From: Candidatus Omnitrophota bacterium
GTDB lineage: Bacteria > Omnitrophota > Gorgyraeia > 2-02-FULL-51-18
Reading direction: 5' to 3'
Assembly (NCBI GenBank): GCA_016197155.1
Contig: JACPWF010000024.1
Coordinates: forward strand, 17,432-81,431
DNA: 64,000 nucleotides
Positions within the stretch are counted from its first letter, which is position 1; every line of letters starts with the position of its first letter. The notes beneath the pieces are model-generated. The model searched no databases, was not told the origin of the DNA, and worked only from the letters and a program-made list of their open reading frames with translations. The position numbers and the translations under genes were made by a program. This document shows positions 8,181-22,407 of the stretch, one piece after another.

Positions 8181-8924
8181 CTCTCGAGTAAACTCCCTGT
8201 ACTTTCTGGCCCCCTCCGAATCCTTATCGTAGAGGTAAATCGGCTTTCCAAATCCCGGCGCCTCGCTCAGGCGAATATTCCGGGGGATCACGGTGTTGTA
8301 AACTTTTTTTCCAAAATGCTTTTTCACCTCGCCAATCACCTCCTGGGTCAGGTTTGTGCGAAAATCCGCCATGGTCATCACGATGCCTTCGATTTCGAGG
8401 TTAAAATTCAAATTTTCCTTCACAAGGTCAATCGTTTTAACCAATTGGCTCAAACCCTCCAGAGCATAGTATTCGCATTGAATGGGAATCAAAACCGAAT
8501 GGGCGCCGGTGAGCGCGTTGATCGTGAGGAGTCCCAGAGACGGCGGGCAGTCGACGATGACGAAATCGAAGGACGGATCGATCTGGCCGAGGAATTTTTT
8601 GAGTTTTCCCTCTCGGCCCAGTTCGCTCACGAGCTCCACCTCCGCGCCGGAAAGATTTTCATTGGCGGCGACCATCGAGAGATTGGGAATGACGGTGGAA
8701 ACGATGAGTTCCGGCGAAGGGGAATTTTCGAGAAGCGCGTGGTAGGTGGATTTTTCGACTTTTCGTTTGTCAATCCCCATGCCGCTGGTGGCATTGCCCT
8801 GGGGATCCAAATCGACGAGCAAAACTTTTTTTCCTTCGAGAGCCAAACCCGCCGCCAGAGAAATCGCGGTGCTCGTTTTCCCGACTCCTCCTTTTTGATT
8901 GCAGATGGCAATTATTTTGGGCAT
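8103..8924 (-). CDS. parA: Chromosome partitioning ATPase ParA/Soj
   Basis: NQKGGVGKT, DLDPQGNAT, DCPPSLG, IPRNIRLSEAP. Confidence 0.97.
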   Translation of the reverse strand: MPKIIAICNQKGGVGKTSTAISLAAGLALEGKKVLLVDLDPQGNATSGMGIDKRKVEKSTYHALLENSPSPELIVSTVIPNLSMVAANENLSGAEVELVSELGREGKLKKFLGQIDPSFDFVIVDCPPSLGLLTINALTGAHSVLIPIQCEYYALEGLSQLVKTIDLVKENLNFNLEIEGIVMTMADFRTNLTQEVIGEVKKHFGKKVYNTVIPRNIRLSEAPGFGKPIYLYDKDSEGARKYREFTREVILRSEATKNLIHDGILRSPSAASG

Positions 8925-8933
8925 CTTGAAGAG

Positions 8934-8962
8934 ATAATATTCGAAGACAATCGGCGTGTCAA
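8934..8962 (-). promoter_or_regulatory. sigma70-type parA promoter
   Basis: Minus-strand TTGACA-17bp-TATTAT just upstream of the parA ATG. Confidence 0.6.
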
Positions 8963-8974
8963 TGAAAAACTACT

Positions 8975-8990
8975 GTTTCCACGTGGAAAC
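8975..8990. promoter_or_regulatory. parS centromere-like site
   Basis: Perfect palindrome GTTTCCACGTGGAAAC resembling the parS consensus TGTTTCACGTGAAACA; adjacent to parA. Confidence 0.82.
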
Positions 8991-9085
8991 TGACCGCGCG
9001 TCGGACTTACGGAGCGATTCGCGACGTCAAGTCCGCCACGCGCGGTCATCCTGAGGAGGCGCGACCTAGCGCCGACGAAGGATCA
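8991..9085. repeat. Long hairpin plus REP-like element after mnmG (possible terminator)
   Basis: TGACCGCGCGT...ACGCGCGGTCA inverted repeat; GTCATCCTGAGG-hairpin-GACGAAGGATC. Confidence 0.65.
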
Positions 9086-10903
9086 GTCCACCCTTTTCAA
9101 CTTTTCAATATGGATCGCCAGCACCGAAATATCACAGGGCGTGATTCCCGAAATCCGAGCGGCCTGTCCCAGAGAGGCCGGTTTCGTTCTCTCAAATTTC
9201 TCTTTAGCCTCCCGGCTCATTCCTTTAATTTCACTAAAATTCACAAAATCAGGAATCTTTTTCTCTTCGTACTGCTTCAGCCGGTTCACGAGAGTCTCTT
9301 CTCTTTGAATGTAGCCCGCGTACTTGATCTCGATTTCGACCTGCCTTTCAATTTCTTCATCCTCAATGCCCTCATTTAGGATCCCCAAAACGTCTTTCAG
9401 GCGAATTTCAGACCGCCTAAGGTATTGATCCATAGGCACTTGATTGTATCGGCTTTTACGGATTTTCTCGACCCATTCCTGTATCCTTTTTTGTTTGGCC
9501 GAAAACCGATTAAACTGCTCTTTCGAGATCAGTCCCAGTTCATGGCCATACCCTAGGAGTCTTTTGTCCGCATTGTCCTGTCTCAAAAGTAAACGGTGCT
9601 CGGCCCGCGAAGTAAACATTCTGTAAGGCTCTTCTGTACCATTGGTTACGAGATCATCAATCAGCACGCCAATGTAGGCCTCGGCGCGCCCCAAAATAAA
9701 TGGTTTTTTGTTTCTCATTTTCAGAACCGCGTTGATCCCGGCCATGAGCCCCTGACAGGCGGCCTCTTCGTAGCCGGAGGTGCCGTTGATTTGGCCGGCC
9801 AGATACAGATTTTCTATTTTTTTTGTCTCGAGCGTGTGCTTCACCTGTGTCGGTGGACAAAAATCGTACTCAATCGCGTATCCAAATCTCATAAGTTCAG
9901 TATTTTCAAGTCCTTCAATACTTCTTATAAGTTTTATTTGAAGATCCTGTGGAAAACTTGTTGAAAACCCGTTTATATAAATTTCCTGAGTCAAACGTCC
10001 CTCGGGCTCGAGAAAAAGTTGGTGGCGTTCCTTATCCGCGAAGCGGTAAACCTTGTCTTCGATCGAAGGACAGTAGCGCGGCCCGCGGCTTTGAATTTTT
10101 CCGGAGTAAAGAGGGGAACGGTGAATATTTTCCTTGATGAGCGCGTGAGTTTTTTCGTTTGTATAAGTGAGGTGGCAGGGAAGTTGGTCTTGCGTGATTT
10201 TTTCCGTGTGAAAACTAAAAGGCGTCGGGCTTTCGTCGCCGTGTTGGGCTTCGAGTTTTGAAAAATCGATCGAGCGGGCGTTGAGGCGCGGCGGGGTGCC
10301 GGTTTTGAGGCGCTTGATTTCAAATCCGAGGCCCGCCAGACACCCCGATAGGCCCAGAGAGGGCTTGTCGCCCGCGCGGCCGCCGCCGAACGTCACGTCC
10401 CCGATGTGGATGAGGCCGTTTAAGAAAGTGCCGGTGGTCACGATCACCGCGTTCGCGGCATAAAACGTCTGGATCGTGGTCACGACGCCCTTGACGGCGT
10501 TTCCGTCGGTCAAAATTTCCTTCACCTCGCCCTGCTTCAGATCCAAATTTGCCTGCGACTCCAAAATATTTTTCATCGTCATCGCGTAGAGTTTTTTGTC
10601 GCACTGCGCGCGAGGCGCCCACACCGCGGGGCCCTTGCTCGTGTTTAGCATGCGGAATTGGATGCCGGTTTGGTCGGTGACGCGCGCCATTTCGCCGCCG
10701 AGCGCGTCGATCTCGCGCACGATGTGGCCCTTGGCGATGCCGCCGACGGCGGGATTGCAGGACATCTGCGCCACGGAGTCGATATTCATGGTGAGCATCA
10801 AGGTTTTCGCGCCCATTCGCGCGGCGGCAAGCGACGCCTCACAGCCGGCGTGTCCGGCGCCGATCACGATGACGTCGTATTTTTTTTCGGAGATCCCGTT
10901 CAC
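9083..10903 (-). CDS. mnmG: tRNA uridine 5-carboxymethylaminomethyl modification enzyme MnmG/GidA; start at GTG 10903
   Basis: VIGAGHAGCEA, MSCNPAVGG, PRYCPSIEDK, GQINGTSGYEEAA; GTGA overlap with yidC stop. Confidence 0.96.
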   Translation of the reverse strand: MNGISEKKYDVIVIGAGHAGCEASLAAARMGAKTLMLTMNIDSVAQMSCNPAVGGIAKGHIVREIDALGGEMARVTDQTGIQFRMLNTSKGPAVWAPRAQCDKKLYAMTMKNILESQANLDLKQGEVKEILTDGNAVKGVVTTIQTFYAANAVIVTTGTFLNGLIHIGDVTFGGGRAGDKPSLGLSGCLAGLGFEIKRLKTGTPPRLNARSIDFSKLEAQHGDESPTPFSFHTEKITQDQLPCHLTYTNEKTHALIKENIHRSPLYSGKIQSRGPRYCPSIEDKVYRFADKERHQLFLEPEGRLTQEIYINGFSTSFPQDLQIKLIRSIEGLENTELMRFGYAIEYDFCPPTQVKHTLETKKIENLYLAGQINGTSGYEEAACQGLMAGINAVLKMRNKKPFILGRAEAYIGVLIDDLVTNGTEEPYRMFTSRAEHRLLLRQDNADKRLLGYGHELGLISKEQFNRFSAKQKRIQEWVEKIRKSRYNQVPMDQYLRRSEIRLKDVLGILNEGIEDEEIERQVEIEIKYAGYIQREETLVNRLKQYEEKKIPDFVNFSEIKGMSREAKEKFERTKPASLGQAARISGITPCDISVLAIHIEKLKRVD

Positions 10904-12543
10904 GAAACGAGGGTCATGTTTTTCAGGCGCAGTTGATAAAACGTCATGAGGAGCGTGTTGGTGAGCCAGTAAAGCACCAGTCCCGACGGCATGGAATAAA
11001 AAATAAATCCGAAAAGGACCGGCATCATCACCGCCATCATTTTTTGCTGGGATTCCGTCGCGGGGTCCTGGCCTTCGAGTTTGATTTGGGTGAATTTTTG
11101 CTGAAGGGCCATCGCCGCCGCCATGAGGAGCGGCAAGATGTGAACGCTGTTGCCCAGAAAGGGGAGGGAGAGTCCCAACGGCACGCTGTCGGGCGAGGAA
11201 AGGTCCCGGATCCAGAGCAGTTTGGAATTGATCAAAATCACGGACTTCGAAAGGGCCACGTAAAGCGCGATGAAAACCGGCATCTGGATCAGCATCGGCA
11301 GGCAACCGCCGAAGGGATTGACCTTGTGCTTCTTGTAAAGCTCCATCGTCTCGCGGTTCAGCTTCTCCGGATTTTTCTTGTGCTGTTCGCGCAGGCGCGT
11401 CATCTGCGGCTGAACCAACTGCATCCGTTTCATCGACAGGTAACTCACGCGCGTGAACGGAAAGAGGAGGAGGTTGATGAGCACCGTGAGGGCGATGATG
11501 GACAGGCCGTAATTCTTAAAAATTTTATGCAAAAGTTCGAGCCCTCCCACCAGTATTTTCCCGATGGCGTCCAGTTTTCCGAAGTTCACGAGCGGCCCCA
11601 GGCCGATCGGATCCAGCTCCTGAAGCTCATTGGGTCCGATGTAAATTTGAAACTCGTGCTCCGCGGACGAACGGGCGAGCACGGAAATTTTTTCGGAAAC
11701 CAGAGAAGTCTTTGAGCGGTGGCCGCCCAGGCCCTGCACGAGGCCCGTGAACCCGCCGCCCGAGAGCGGCTTCACGAGGATGGAAAAATGCCTGTCTTTC
11801 ACGGCGACCCACTCGGGCGGCACGAGGCTCGAAACGCTTTTTCCGAGCTTGGTCTCCTTCACGTGACGGATCTCGGGGCGGCCGCCGGCGTTCGAGTAAA
11901 AATTGGACTCGAGGTACTGGCTGTCAATCGAGTGGCGCGGGGGAATGTCCGGGCCGACCACGAGGGCATACCGAAACTCGATCGCTTCGGAGGAATTATT
12001 TTGAAAACTCAGGCGCAGTTTGCCGTCGTAGCGCGCGGCGCCGAACGTGAGCGTTTTTTTGATTTTCAGCTTGCCGCCTAAAACGGTTTCCGCGAGAATA
12101 TTTTCCGGATCCGCCGCCCGGACCTCATAATCGCCGGCGGCCTCGGCCGGAAGACCGGCATTATTTTCTAAAATCTCCGCCGCGAACGGGGCCTGTCCCG
12201 AATCCTCGAGTGAAACGAGGCGGAGCGGCCTCTGTGTTTCCGAATCGGCGAATTTTTTGAAAGCAATTTCGCGCAAGACCCCGCCTTTTTTGTTGAACAC
12301 CAGGCGCAGGTTTTCATTTTCAAAAAGAATATCCCCGGCCGGCGACAGCTCGGCGGCGGACGCGGAGACAGCGGCGGAATGGGGCAGGGCCGGACTCGCC
12401 GGCGAAGCCGGTTTTATGAAACCGGCCTTGGGCGCGGACGCCGCGGGGCCTTTATAATCCGGATAAATTTTCTGCAAAATAACCGGATAAAATCCCAACA
12501 TTAAAAACGAAAGGGTCAGCGCCAGAAGCGTTCTTTTTTCCAT
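10900..12543 (-). CDS. yidC: Membrane protein insertase YidC
   Basis: NPFGGCLPMLIQMPVF, WIRDLS, PSGLVLYW. Confidence 0.96.
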   Translation of the reverse strand: MEKRTLLALTLSFLMLGFYPVILQKIYPDYKGPAASAPKAGFIKPASPASPALPHSAAVSASAAELSPAGDILFENENLRLVFNKKGGVLREIAFKKFADSETQRPLRLVSLEDSGQAPFAAEILENNAGLPAEAAGDYEVRAADPENILAETVLGGKLKIKKTLTFGAARYDGKLRLSFQNNSSEAIEFRYALVVGPDIPPRHSIDSQYLESNFYSNAGGRPEIRHVKETKLGKSVSSLVPPEWVAVKDRHFSILVKPLSGGGFTGLVQGLGGHRSKTSLVSEKISVLARSSAEHEFQIYIGPNELQELDPIGLGPLVNFGKLDAIGKILVGGLELLHKIFKNYGLSIIALTVLINLLLFPFTRVSYLSMKRMQLVQPQMTRLREQHKKNPEKLNRETMELYKKHKVNPFGGCLPMLIQMPVFIALYVALSKSVILINSKLLWIRDLSSPDSVPLGLSLPFLGNSVHILPLLMAAAMALQQKFTQIKLEGQDPATESQQKMMAVMMPVLFGFIFYSMPSGLVLYWLTNTLLMTFYQLRLKNMTLVS

Positions 12544-12764
12544 TAATCCTCGATGCCGGGAAGCGGGTCATCGCCCCCGGCGCAAAACGGGTGACAGCGG
12601 GACAATCGCGAAAGCGTCAAAGAAAAGGCCCTGAAATAACCAAAGCGATCAAAGGCCTGGGCGGCGTAGCGCGAACAGCTCGGGTGAAACCGGCAGGCCG
12701 CTCCCTGAACGGTTCCAAAAAAAAGGGAGACAAAACGGATGAGGGTGACGGTGATTTTTTTCAT
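12543..12764 (-). CDS. yidD: Membrane protein insertion efficiency factor
   Basis: CRFHPSCSRY, RCHPFCAGGDDP. Confidence 0.93.
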   Translation of the reverse strand: MKKITVTLIRFVSLFFGTVQGAACRFHPSCSRYAAQAFDRFGYFRAFSLTLSRLSRCHPFCAGGDDPLPGIED

Positions 12765-13046
12765 TCAAAGCGCCTTTAAAAGAGCCCCCAGGGCGCGCCG
12801 CGCCGTTTCCAAATCCACTTTTTCGGGCCGGTTTTTCACCTGAAAAAGATAAACCCCGTTTCCGCCCGGCGGCAGGCCCTCGGCGCGGATGGCCTCGCGG
12901 AGCACTCTCCGGATCCGGTTCCGCGCGGTGGCCAAGGGCACAACTTTTCGGGGAATGGAGATCAGAAAAGGTTTTCGAGAGCGCTTTACGCCGGCCGCGT
13001 CGCGGTCCAATAATTTAAGCGCCAGCCAAAACTCTTGGGGAACCAT
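12765..13046 (-). CDS. rnpA: Ribonuclease P protein component (short, divergent)
   Basis: RNR motif KVVPLATARNRIRRVLRE; located between rpmH and yidD. Confidence 0.8.
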   Translation of the reverse strand: MVPQEFWLALKLLDRDAAGVKRSRKPFLISIPRKVVPLATARNRIRRVLREAIRAEGLPPGGNGVYLFQVKNRPEKVDLETARRALGALLKAL

Positions 13047-13051
13047 TGCGG

Positions 13052-13189
13052 CTAGACCGTGAGGACATGCCGCCCTTTTTGCCGGCGGCGGCGCAGGACC
13101 GCGCGGCCGTCTTTGGTTTGCATGCGCTTGCGAAAACCGTGCGTGCGTTTTCGTTTGATATTGGATTTGTTGGTCAGCGTTTTTTTCAT
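13052..13189 (-). CDS. rpmH: 50S ribosomal protein L34 (not in ORF track)
   Basis: [45 protein letters not shown]. Confidence 0.96.
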   Translation of the reverse strand: MKKTLTNKSNIKRKRTHGFRKRMQTKDGRAVLRRRRQKGRHVLTV

Positions 13190-13211
13190 AAATTTCCCCG
13201 TGAGTTGAGGG

Positions 13212-13239
13212 ATTATAACACAATCTGCTACCTAGTCAA
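13212..13239 (-). promoter_or_regulatory. rpmH promoter
   Basis: Minus-strand TTGACT-16bp-TATAAT. Confidence 0.65.
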
Positions 13240-13271
13240 GCAATCCTGATGCGCAGTTTAGAAAATAGTAG

Positions 13272-13300
13272 TTGAAATATCGAAAGGGAGTTGTTATAAT
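13272..13300 (+). promoter_or_regulatory. dnaA promoter
   Basis: TTGAAA-17bp-TATAAT with TG extension. Confidence 0.7.
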
Positions 13301-13338
13301 CACGCTCGACTTTTTGGTTTTCCGGTTAAAAGTGGCGC

Positions 13339-13480
13339 TGTGGATAAATTGTTGATAAGTTTACAAAATCCCTTTCTGAATTTTTGCTTGAATAATATTT
13401 TCTTAATCTATTATAAATAAACAACTTATATTAAAAAATAATTCAATAAATTAAGCCTCTCTAGAAAAACCTGTGGATAA
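13339..13480. promoter_or_regulatory. DnaA boxes and AT-rich tract upstream of dnaA (oriC left part / autoregulation)
   Basis: TGTGGATAA 13339, TGTTGATAA 13350, TGTGGATAA 13472 overlapping the dnaA GTG. Confidence 0.8.
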
Positions 13481-14846
13481 AAATAGATTGAATTCGCCGG
13501 ACGGGATTTGGGTGAAGGCGATGGATGGCCTTCAAAAAGAGCTGAGTTCCCAAGTCTGCGAGCGTTGGCTAAAGCCGATCCGCCCCCTCTCCCTCGGAGA
13601 AGGGGAGCTCACTCTCGGGGTCCCCGACGAGTTCTTCAAAAACTGGATCATTGACCATTACGGGCCCATTATTTCCCTATCGATTAAGGAAATAGTTAAT
13701 AATCAAAATTTTAAGGTTGGATTTGAGCTGTATAATGAGCAAAATCAATTAGATATAGCTATTACCGATTCGGCCAATCAAGACACAAAACCGGCCCATA
13801 TTCCGACAATCCCCCAAGGTTTTCAAGAGTTTACATTCAATAACCGGTACACCTTCGAAAGTTTCGTAGTCGGCCCCTCAAACCGCTTCGCCCATGCCGC
13901 CTCCATGGCCGTCGCCCAAACACCGGCCAAGGCCTACAACCCCCTTTTCATTTACGGCCCTGTCGGTTTGGGAAAGACTCACCTGATGCAAGCCATTGGG
14001 CAGTCAATACTTACAAAATACCCCTCCACGAAAGTCCTCTACATCACCAGCGAAAAATTCACCAATCAACTCATCAACGCGATCAAAACCGGCACGACGA
14101 TCCGGTTCCGGGAAAAATACAGAAACGTTGACTGCCTTTTGATCGACGACATTCATTTCATCGCCGGGAAAGAATCGACGATGCAGGAATTTTTTCACAC
14201 GTTCAACACGCTCTACGACGCCCACAAGCAGATCGTCGTCTCGAGCGACAAGCCGCCGAAGGACATTTCCAATCTGGAGGAGCGGCTTGTCTCGCGCTTT
14301 GAGTGGGGCCTGGTCACGGACATCCAACCGCCCGATTTTGAGACGCGCACGGCCATTTTGAGAAAAAAAGCGGACCGGGAAAACCTTCATATCCCCGATT
14401 CCGTGACGTTTTTCATTGCGGATAAAATAAAATCCAATATCCGCGAACTGGAGGGCGCGCTCATCCGCGTGGTCGCCTATTCCAAGCTCGTCGGAAAAGA
14501 AGTGGACGAAACGGTCGCGCAGGAAGTCTTAAAAGATTTGATCGTGGCCGATCAAAAGAAGATTACGATTGACCTTATTCAAAGGAGAGTGGCAGAATAT
14601 TTTGAGATACGCCCGTCGGACATGACGGCCAAGCGAAGGTCCCGAAATGTCGTTTATCCCAGGCACATTGCCATGTACCTTTCCCGGGAAATGACCAGCC
14701 TTTCCCTTCCGGAGATTGGGGAGCAATTCGGCGGCAGGGACCACACCACCATTTTGCACGCTTATGAAAAAATAAGAAAGGACGTCAAAAAAGACCAAAA
14801 GGTGAAATGGCTTGTGGATAAGTTGATGACTGAGGTTAAAAAATAA
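13473..14846 (+). CDS. dnaA: Chromosomal replication initiator DnaA
   Basis: YNPLFIYGPVGLGKTHL, SRFEWGL, RELEGAL, GGRDHTT. Confidence 0.99.
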   Translation: MDKNRLNSPDGIWVKAMDGLQKELSSQVCERWLKPIRPLSLGEGELTLGVPDEFFKNWIIDHYGPIISLSIKEIVNNQNFKVGFELYNEQNQLDIAITDSANQDTKPAHIPTIPQGFQEFTFNNRYTFESFVVGPSNRFAHAASMAVAQTPAKAYNPLFIYGPVGLGKTHLMQAIGQSILTKYPSTKVLYITSEKFTNQLINAIKTGTTIRFREKYRNVDCLLIDDIHFIAGKESTMQEFFHTFNTLYDAHKQIVVSSDKPPKDISNLEERLVSRFEWGLVTDIQPPDFETRTAILRKKADRENLHIPDSVTFFIADKIKSNIRELEGALIRVVAYSKLVGKEVDETVAQEVLKDLIVADQKKITIDLIQRRVAEYFEIRPSDMTAKRRSRNVVYPRHIAMYLSREMTSLSLPEIGEQFGGRDHTTILHAYEKIRKDVKKDQKVKWLVDKLMTEVKK

Positions 14847-14990
14847 AGGGGTTGTGGATAACCCGGTAGTTATCCACAAGGTAAGGTTGGGGTAAGTTGT
14901 TTTAAAAATTAATTTTGGGGACTATTCAGATTATCAACAGGCCCTACTACTAATACGGTTTTATTTAGAGTAATTAAAATAATAAAAGCA
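14813..14990. other. oriC unwinding region between dnaA and dnaN
   Basis: DnaA boxes at 14813, 14853, 14870, 14931; then GGCC, CTA-CTA-CTA-ATA trios and an AT-rich tract. Confidence 0.85.
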
Positions 14991-15004
14991 GAGCGGGGGG
15001 TGCC

Positions 15005-16104
15005 ATGAAAATAAGCGTGTCGAAGGAAAATTTGTTAAGGGGAATTCAGGCCGTGCAGAATGCCGTCAGCACCAAAAGCACCCTTCCCATCCTTTCCCAT
15101 ATTCTTTTGGAGGCGAAGAAAAATGAAATCCGTTTAACCGCGACAGACTTGGAGATTGGTGTTTCCATTAAAATTGACGGGGAGGTCGCCGAGGAAGGGG
15201 CCATCACCGTTCCCGCGAGAAAGTTCAGCGAGATCATTAAGGAACTTCATCCGCAAAAACCCATCCATATTTCCGTGAAGAAAGGGCAATCCATCCAGAT
15301 TGATTCAGATAAGAGCTATTTTCGCTTGATGGGCCTTTTGAGGGATGATTTTCCGCAGCTCCCCGATTTTTCATCCAAAGGATCGGACATGGTAAAAATT
15401 CCTCAAAAAACATTAAAGGAGATGATTCAACTCACCTCTTTCGCGATGAGCCACGACGAAACGCGGTATGTTTTAAACGGGATTCTTTTCAGTTTTAAGG
15501 ATAAAATTTTAAAACTGGTCGCGACGGACGGGCGAAGGCTGGCGATCATCGAAAAGACGATCGAAGAACTCGGCCATTTTAAAAAAGAGGTGATTTTGCC
15601 GATGAAAACCACCCAGGAACTGTCGCGAAATTTAACGGACGAGGGAGAGGTGTTTTTTTCCTTTAAGGAAAATCAGGCCCAGATCGGTTTGGGACCGATC
15701 CACATCACGTCGCGTTTGATCGAGGGGGAATATCCGAACTACGAGCAGGTGGTTCCGAAGAAAACAAAGGAGGAACTGCGGATCAACACCCAGGAATTTC
15801 TGCAGGCGGCGCGGCGCGCGAGTATTTTGACGAGTCAGGACTCGCAGTCGGTTAAAATTAATTTTATCAAAGACCGGATGATCATCACCAAAAACACGCC
15901 GGAGGTGGGAGAGGCCCGAGAGGAAGTGGAAGTGGATTATAAGGGCGGGGAGTTTGTGATCGGGTTTAATCCGGCGTTTTTGATCGATGTGTTGAAAAAT
16001 ATTGAGGAAGAAAATATTCATTTGGGCCTCACCGACCCCGAGAAGCCCGCGGTGATCCGTAGCGGAAAAGACTATACCTACATCGTTCTCCCCATGCAGG
16101 TGAC

Positions 16105-16108
<4 letters not shown>
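15005..16108 (+). CDS. dnaN: DNA polymerase III beta clamp
   Basis: LPILS, ATDLE, ATDGRRL, RLIEGEYPNY, IVLPM. Confidence 0.98.
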
Positions 16109-18866
<2,758 letters not shown>

Positions 18867-18892
18867 GGAATTTGGATATTTAAGGAATAAAG

Positions 18893-21358
<2,466 letters not shown>

Positions 21359-21373
<15 letters not shown>

Positions 21374-21433
21374 CCTGGCTTAGGACATCACCCTTTCACG
21401 GTGATGACACGGGTTCAAATCCCGTTGGGGTCG
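21359..21433 (+). tRNA. tRNA-Glu(TTC), overlapping the last 15 nt of gyrA
   Basis: GACCCCA/TGGGGTC acceptor stem, TCACC-CTTTCAC-GGTGA anticodon arm, ACGGG-TTCAAAT-CCCGT T-arm. Confidence 0.93.
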
Positions 21434-21484
21434 TGGATTCGACGCGCCGTGAGGAAAAGTATTTCCTCACGGCTTGCTCACCAC
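21428..21484 (+). repeat. Left 57-bp direct repeat of the nitrate island
   Basis: 53/57 identical to 34548..34604; begins with the last 6 nt of tRNA-Glu. Confidence 0.88.
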
Positions 21485-21620
21485 GAGCCTAGTCGAATCC
21501 ATAGCCGACTTTCAACAAAATTTTAAAATGATTTTCGTTTTTAACTTCCGATTCACATCTCCGTAACATTCACCCGTATCATGACCATCCTGCGAGCAAA
21601 AAACCATAAAGGCGCGGAAG

Positions 21621-22310
21621 ATGAGGGAAAAACGGCACTTGGAAGTCTTGTACCAAATAAGCCGCGCCCTCGTGGGAAAGCAGGATTTGGACGCTATCCT
21701 TCAGCAGGTCGTCACGATGACGGCGGAGCTGGTAGGTTCTAAAATTTGTTCTTTGATTTTGTTGGACTTGGGCAGAGATGAGCTGGCCATAAAAGCAACC
21801 CAGAGTCTCAGTCTTTCCTACAAGGAAAAACCGAACATTCCGGTGAGCCGCAGTGTCAGCGGAATGGTGATCAGGAAAAAGCAGGCCATTCAAGTGGGAG
21901 ATGTCACGAAGGATCCGCTGTACGGCTATCCCGAGATCGCCAAGCAGGAAGGTTTAAAGTCGCTTTTGTGTGTGCCGCTGGTGCTCTCGGGCAAGGTGAT
22001 AGGCGTTCTGAATTGTTACACGGAAGAGGAAAAAGTTTTCACAAACGAGGAAATACAGCTTGTTCAAATGGTGGCCAATCAGGCGGCCATCGTCATTGAA
22101 CACGTCCGGGTTGTTTCCGAAGAGGCGCGGGCCAAACTCGCCCTCGAGACGAAAAAAGCCGTGGATGCCGCTAAACGCGTTTTGATGAAGAAACGCAAAA
22201 TAAGCGAAGAAGAGGCCCATCGGTTCATTCAGCGGGCCAGCATGGAGAAAAATAAGCCGCAAAAGGAAATTGCCGAAGCTGTTCTCATGGCAGTGGAACT
22301 AGAAAAGTAG
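21621..22310 (+). CDS. GAF-ANTAR RNA-binding antiterminator
   Basis: GAF (SLLCVPL..GKVIGVLNCY...ANQAAIVIE) plus ANTAR (LETKKAVDAAKRVLM...SEEEAHRFIQRASM...EIAEAV). Confidence 0.9.
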   Translation: MREKRHLEVLYQISRALVGKQDLDAILQQVVTMTAELVGSKICSLILLDLGRDELAIKATQSLSLSYKEKPNIPVSRSVSGMVIRKKQAIQVGDVTKDPLYGYPEIAKQEGLKSLLCVPLVLSGKVIGVLNCYTEEEKVFTNEEIQLVQMVANQAAIVIEHVRVVSEEARAKLALETKKAVDAAKRVLMKKRKISEEEAHRFIQRASMEKNKPQKEIAEAVLMAVELEK

Positions 22311-22326
22311 CCGAAAAAGTTTTATT

Positions 22327-22396
22327 TAAGGATAAAGACGTCCTTATTTTGGAGGGAGTCAATGGCGACTCCGATCAAGATAAGGACTTTTTATTT
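22327..22396 (+). promoter_or_regulatory. ANTAR target RNA (dual hexaloop) with overlapping intrinsic terminator
   Basis: P1 TAAGGAT-AAAGAC-GTCCTTA, P2 GGAGTC-AATGGC-GACTCC (A1/G4 loops); terminator 22340..22387 plus T-tract. Confidence 0.85.
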
Positions 22397-22407
22397 CTGA
22401 GGGTTTT

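Noticed and set aside
10904-11305. N-terminal extensions in the ORF track (mnmG; likewise coaC, rnpA, cysN, moeA, nirD, binding protein)
   Set aside because: They overlap upstream genes in another frame; better coupled starts exist
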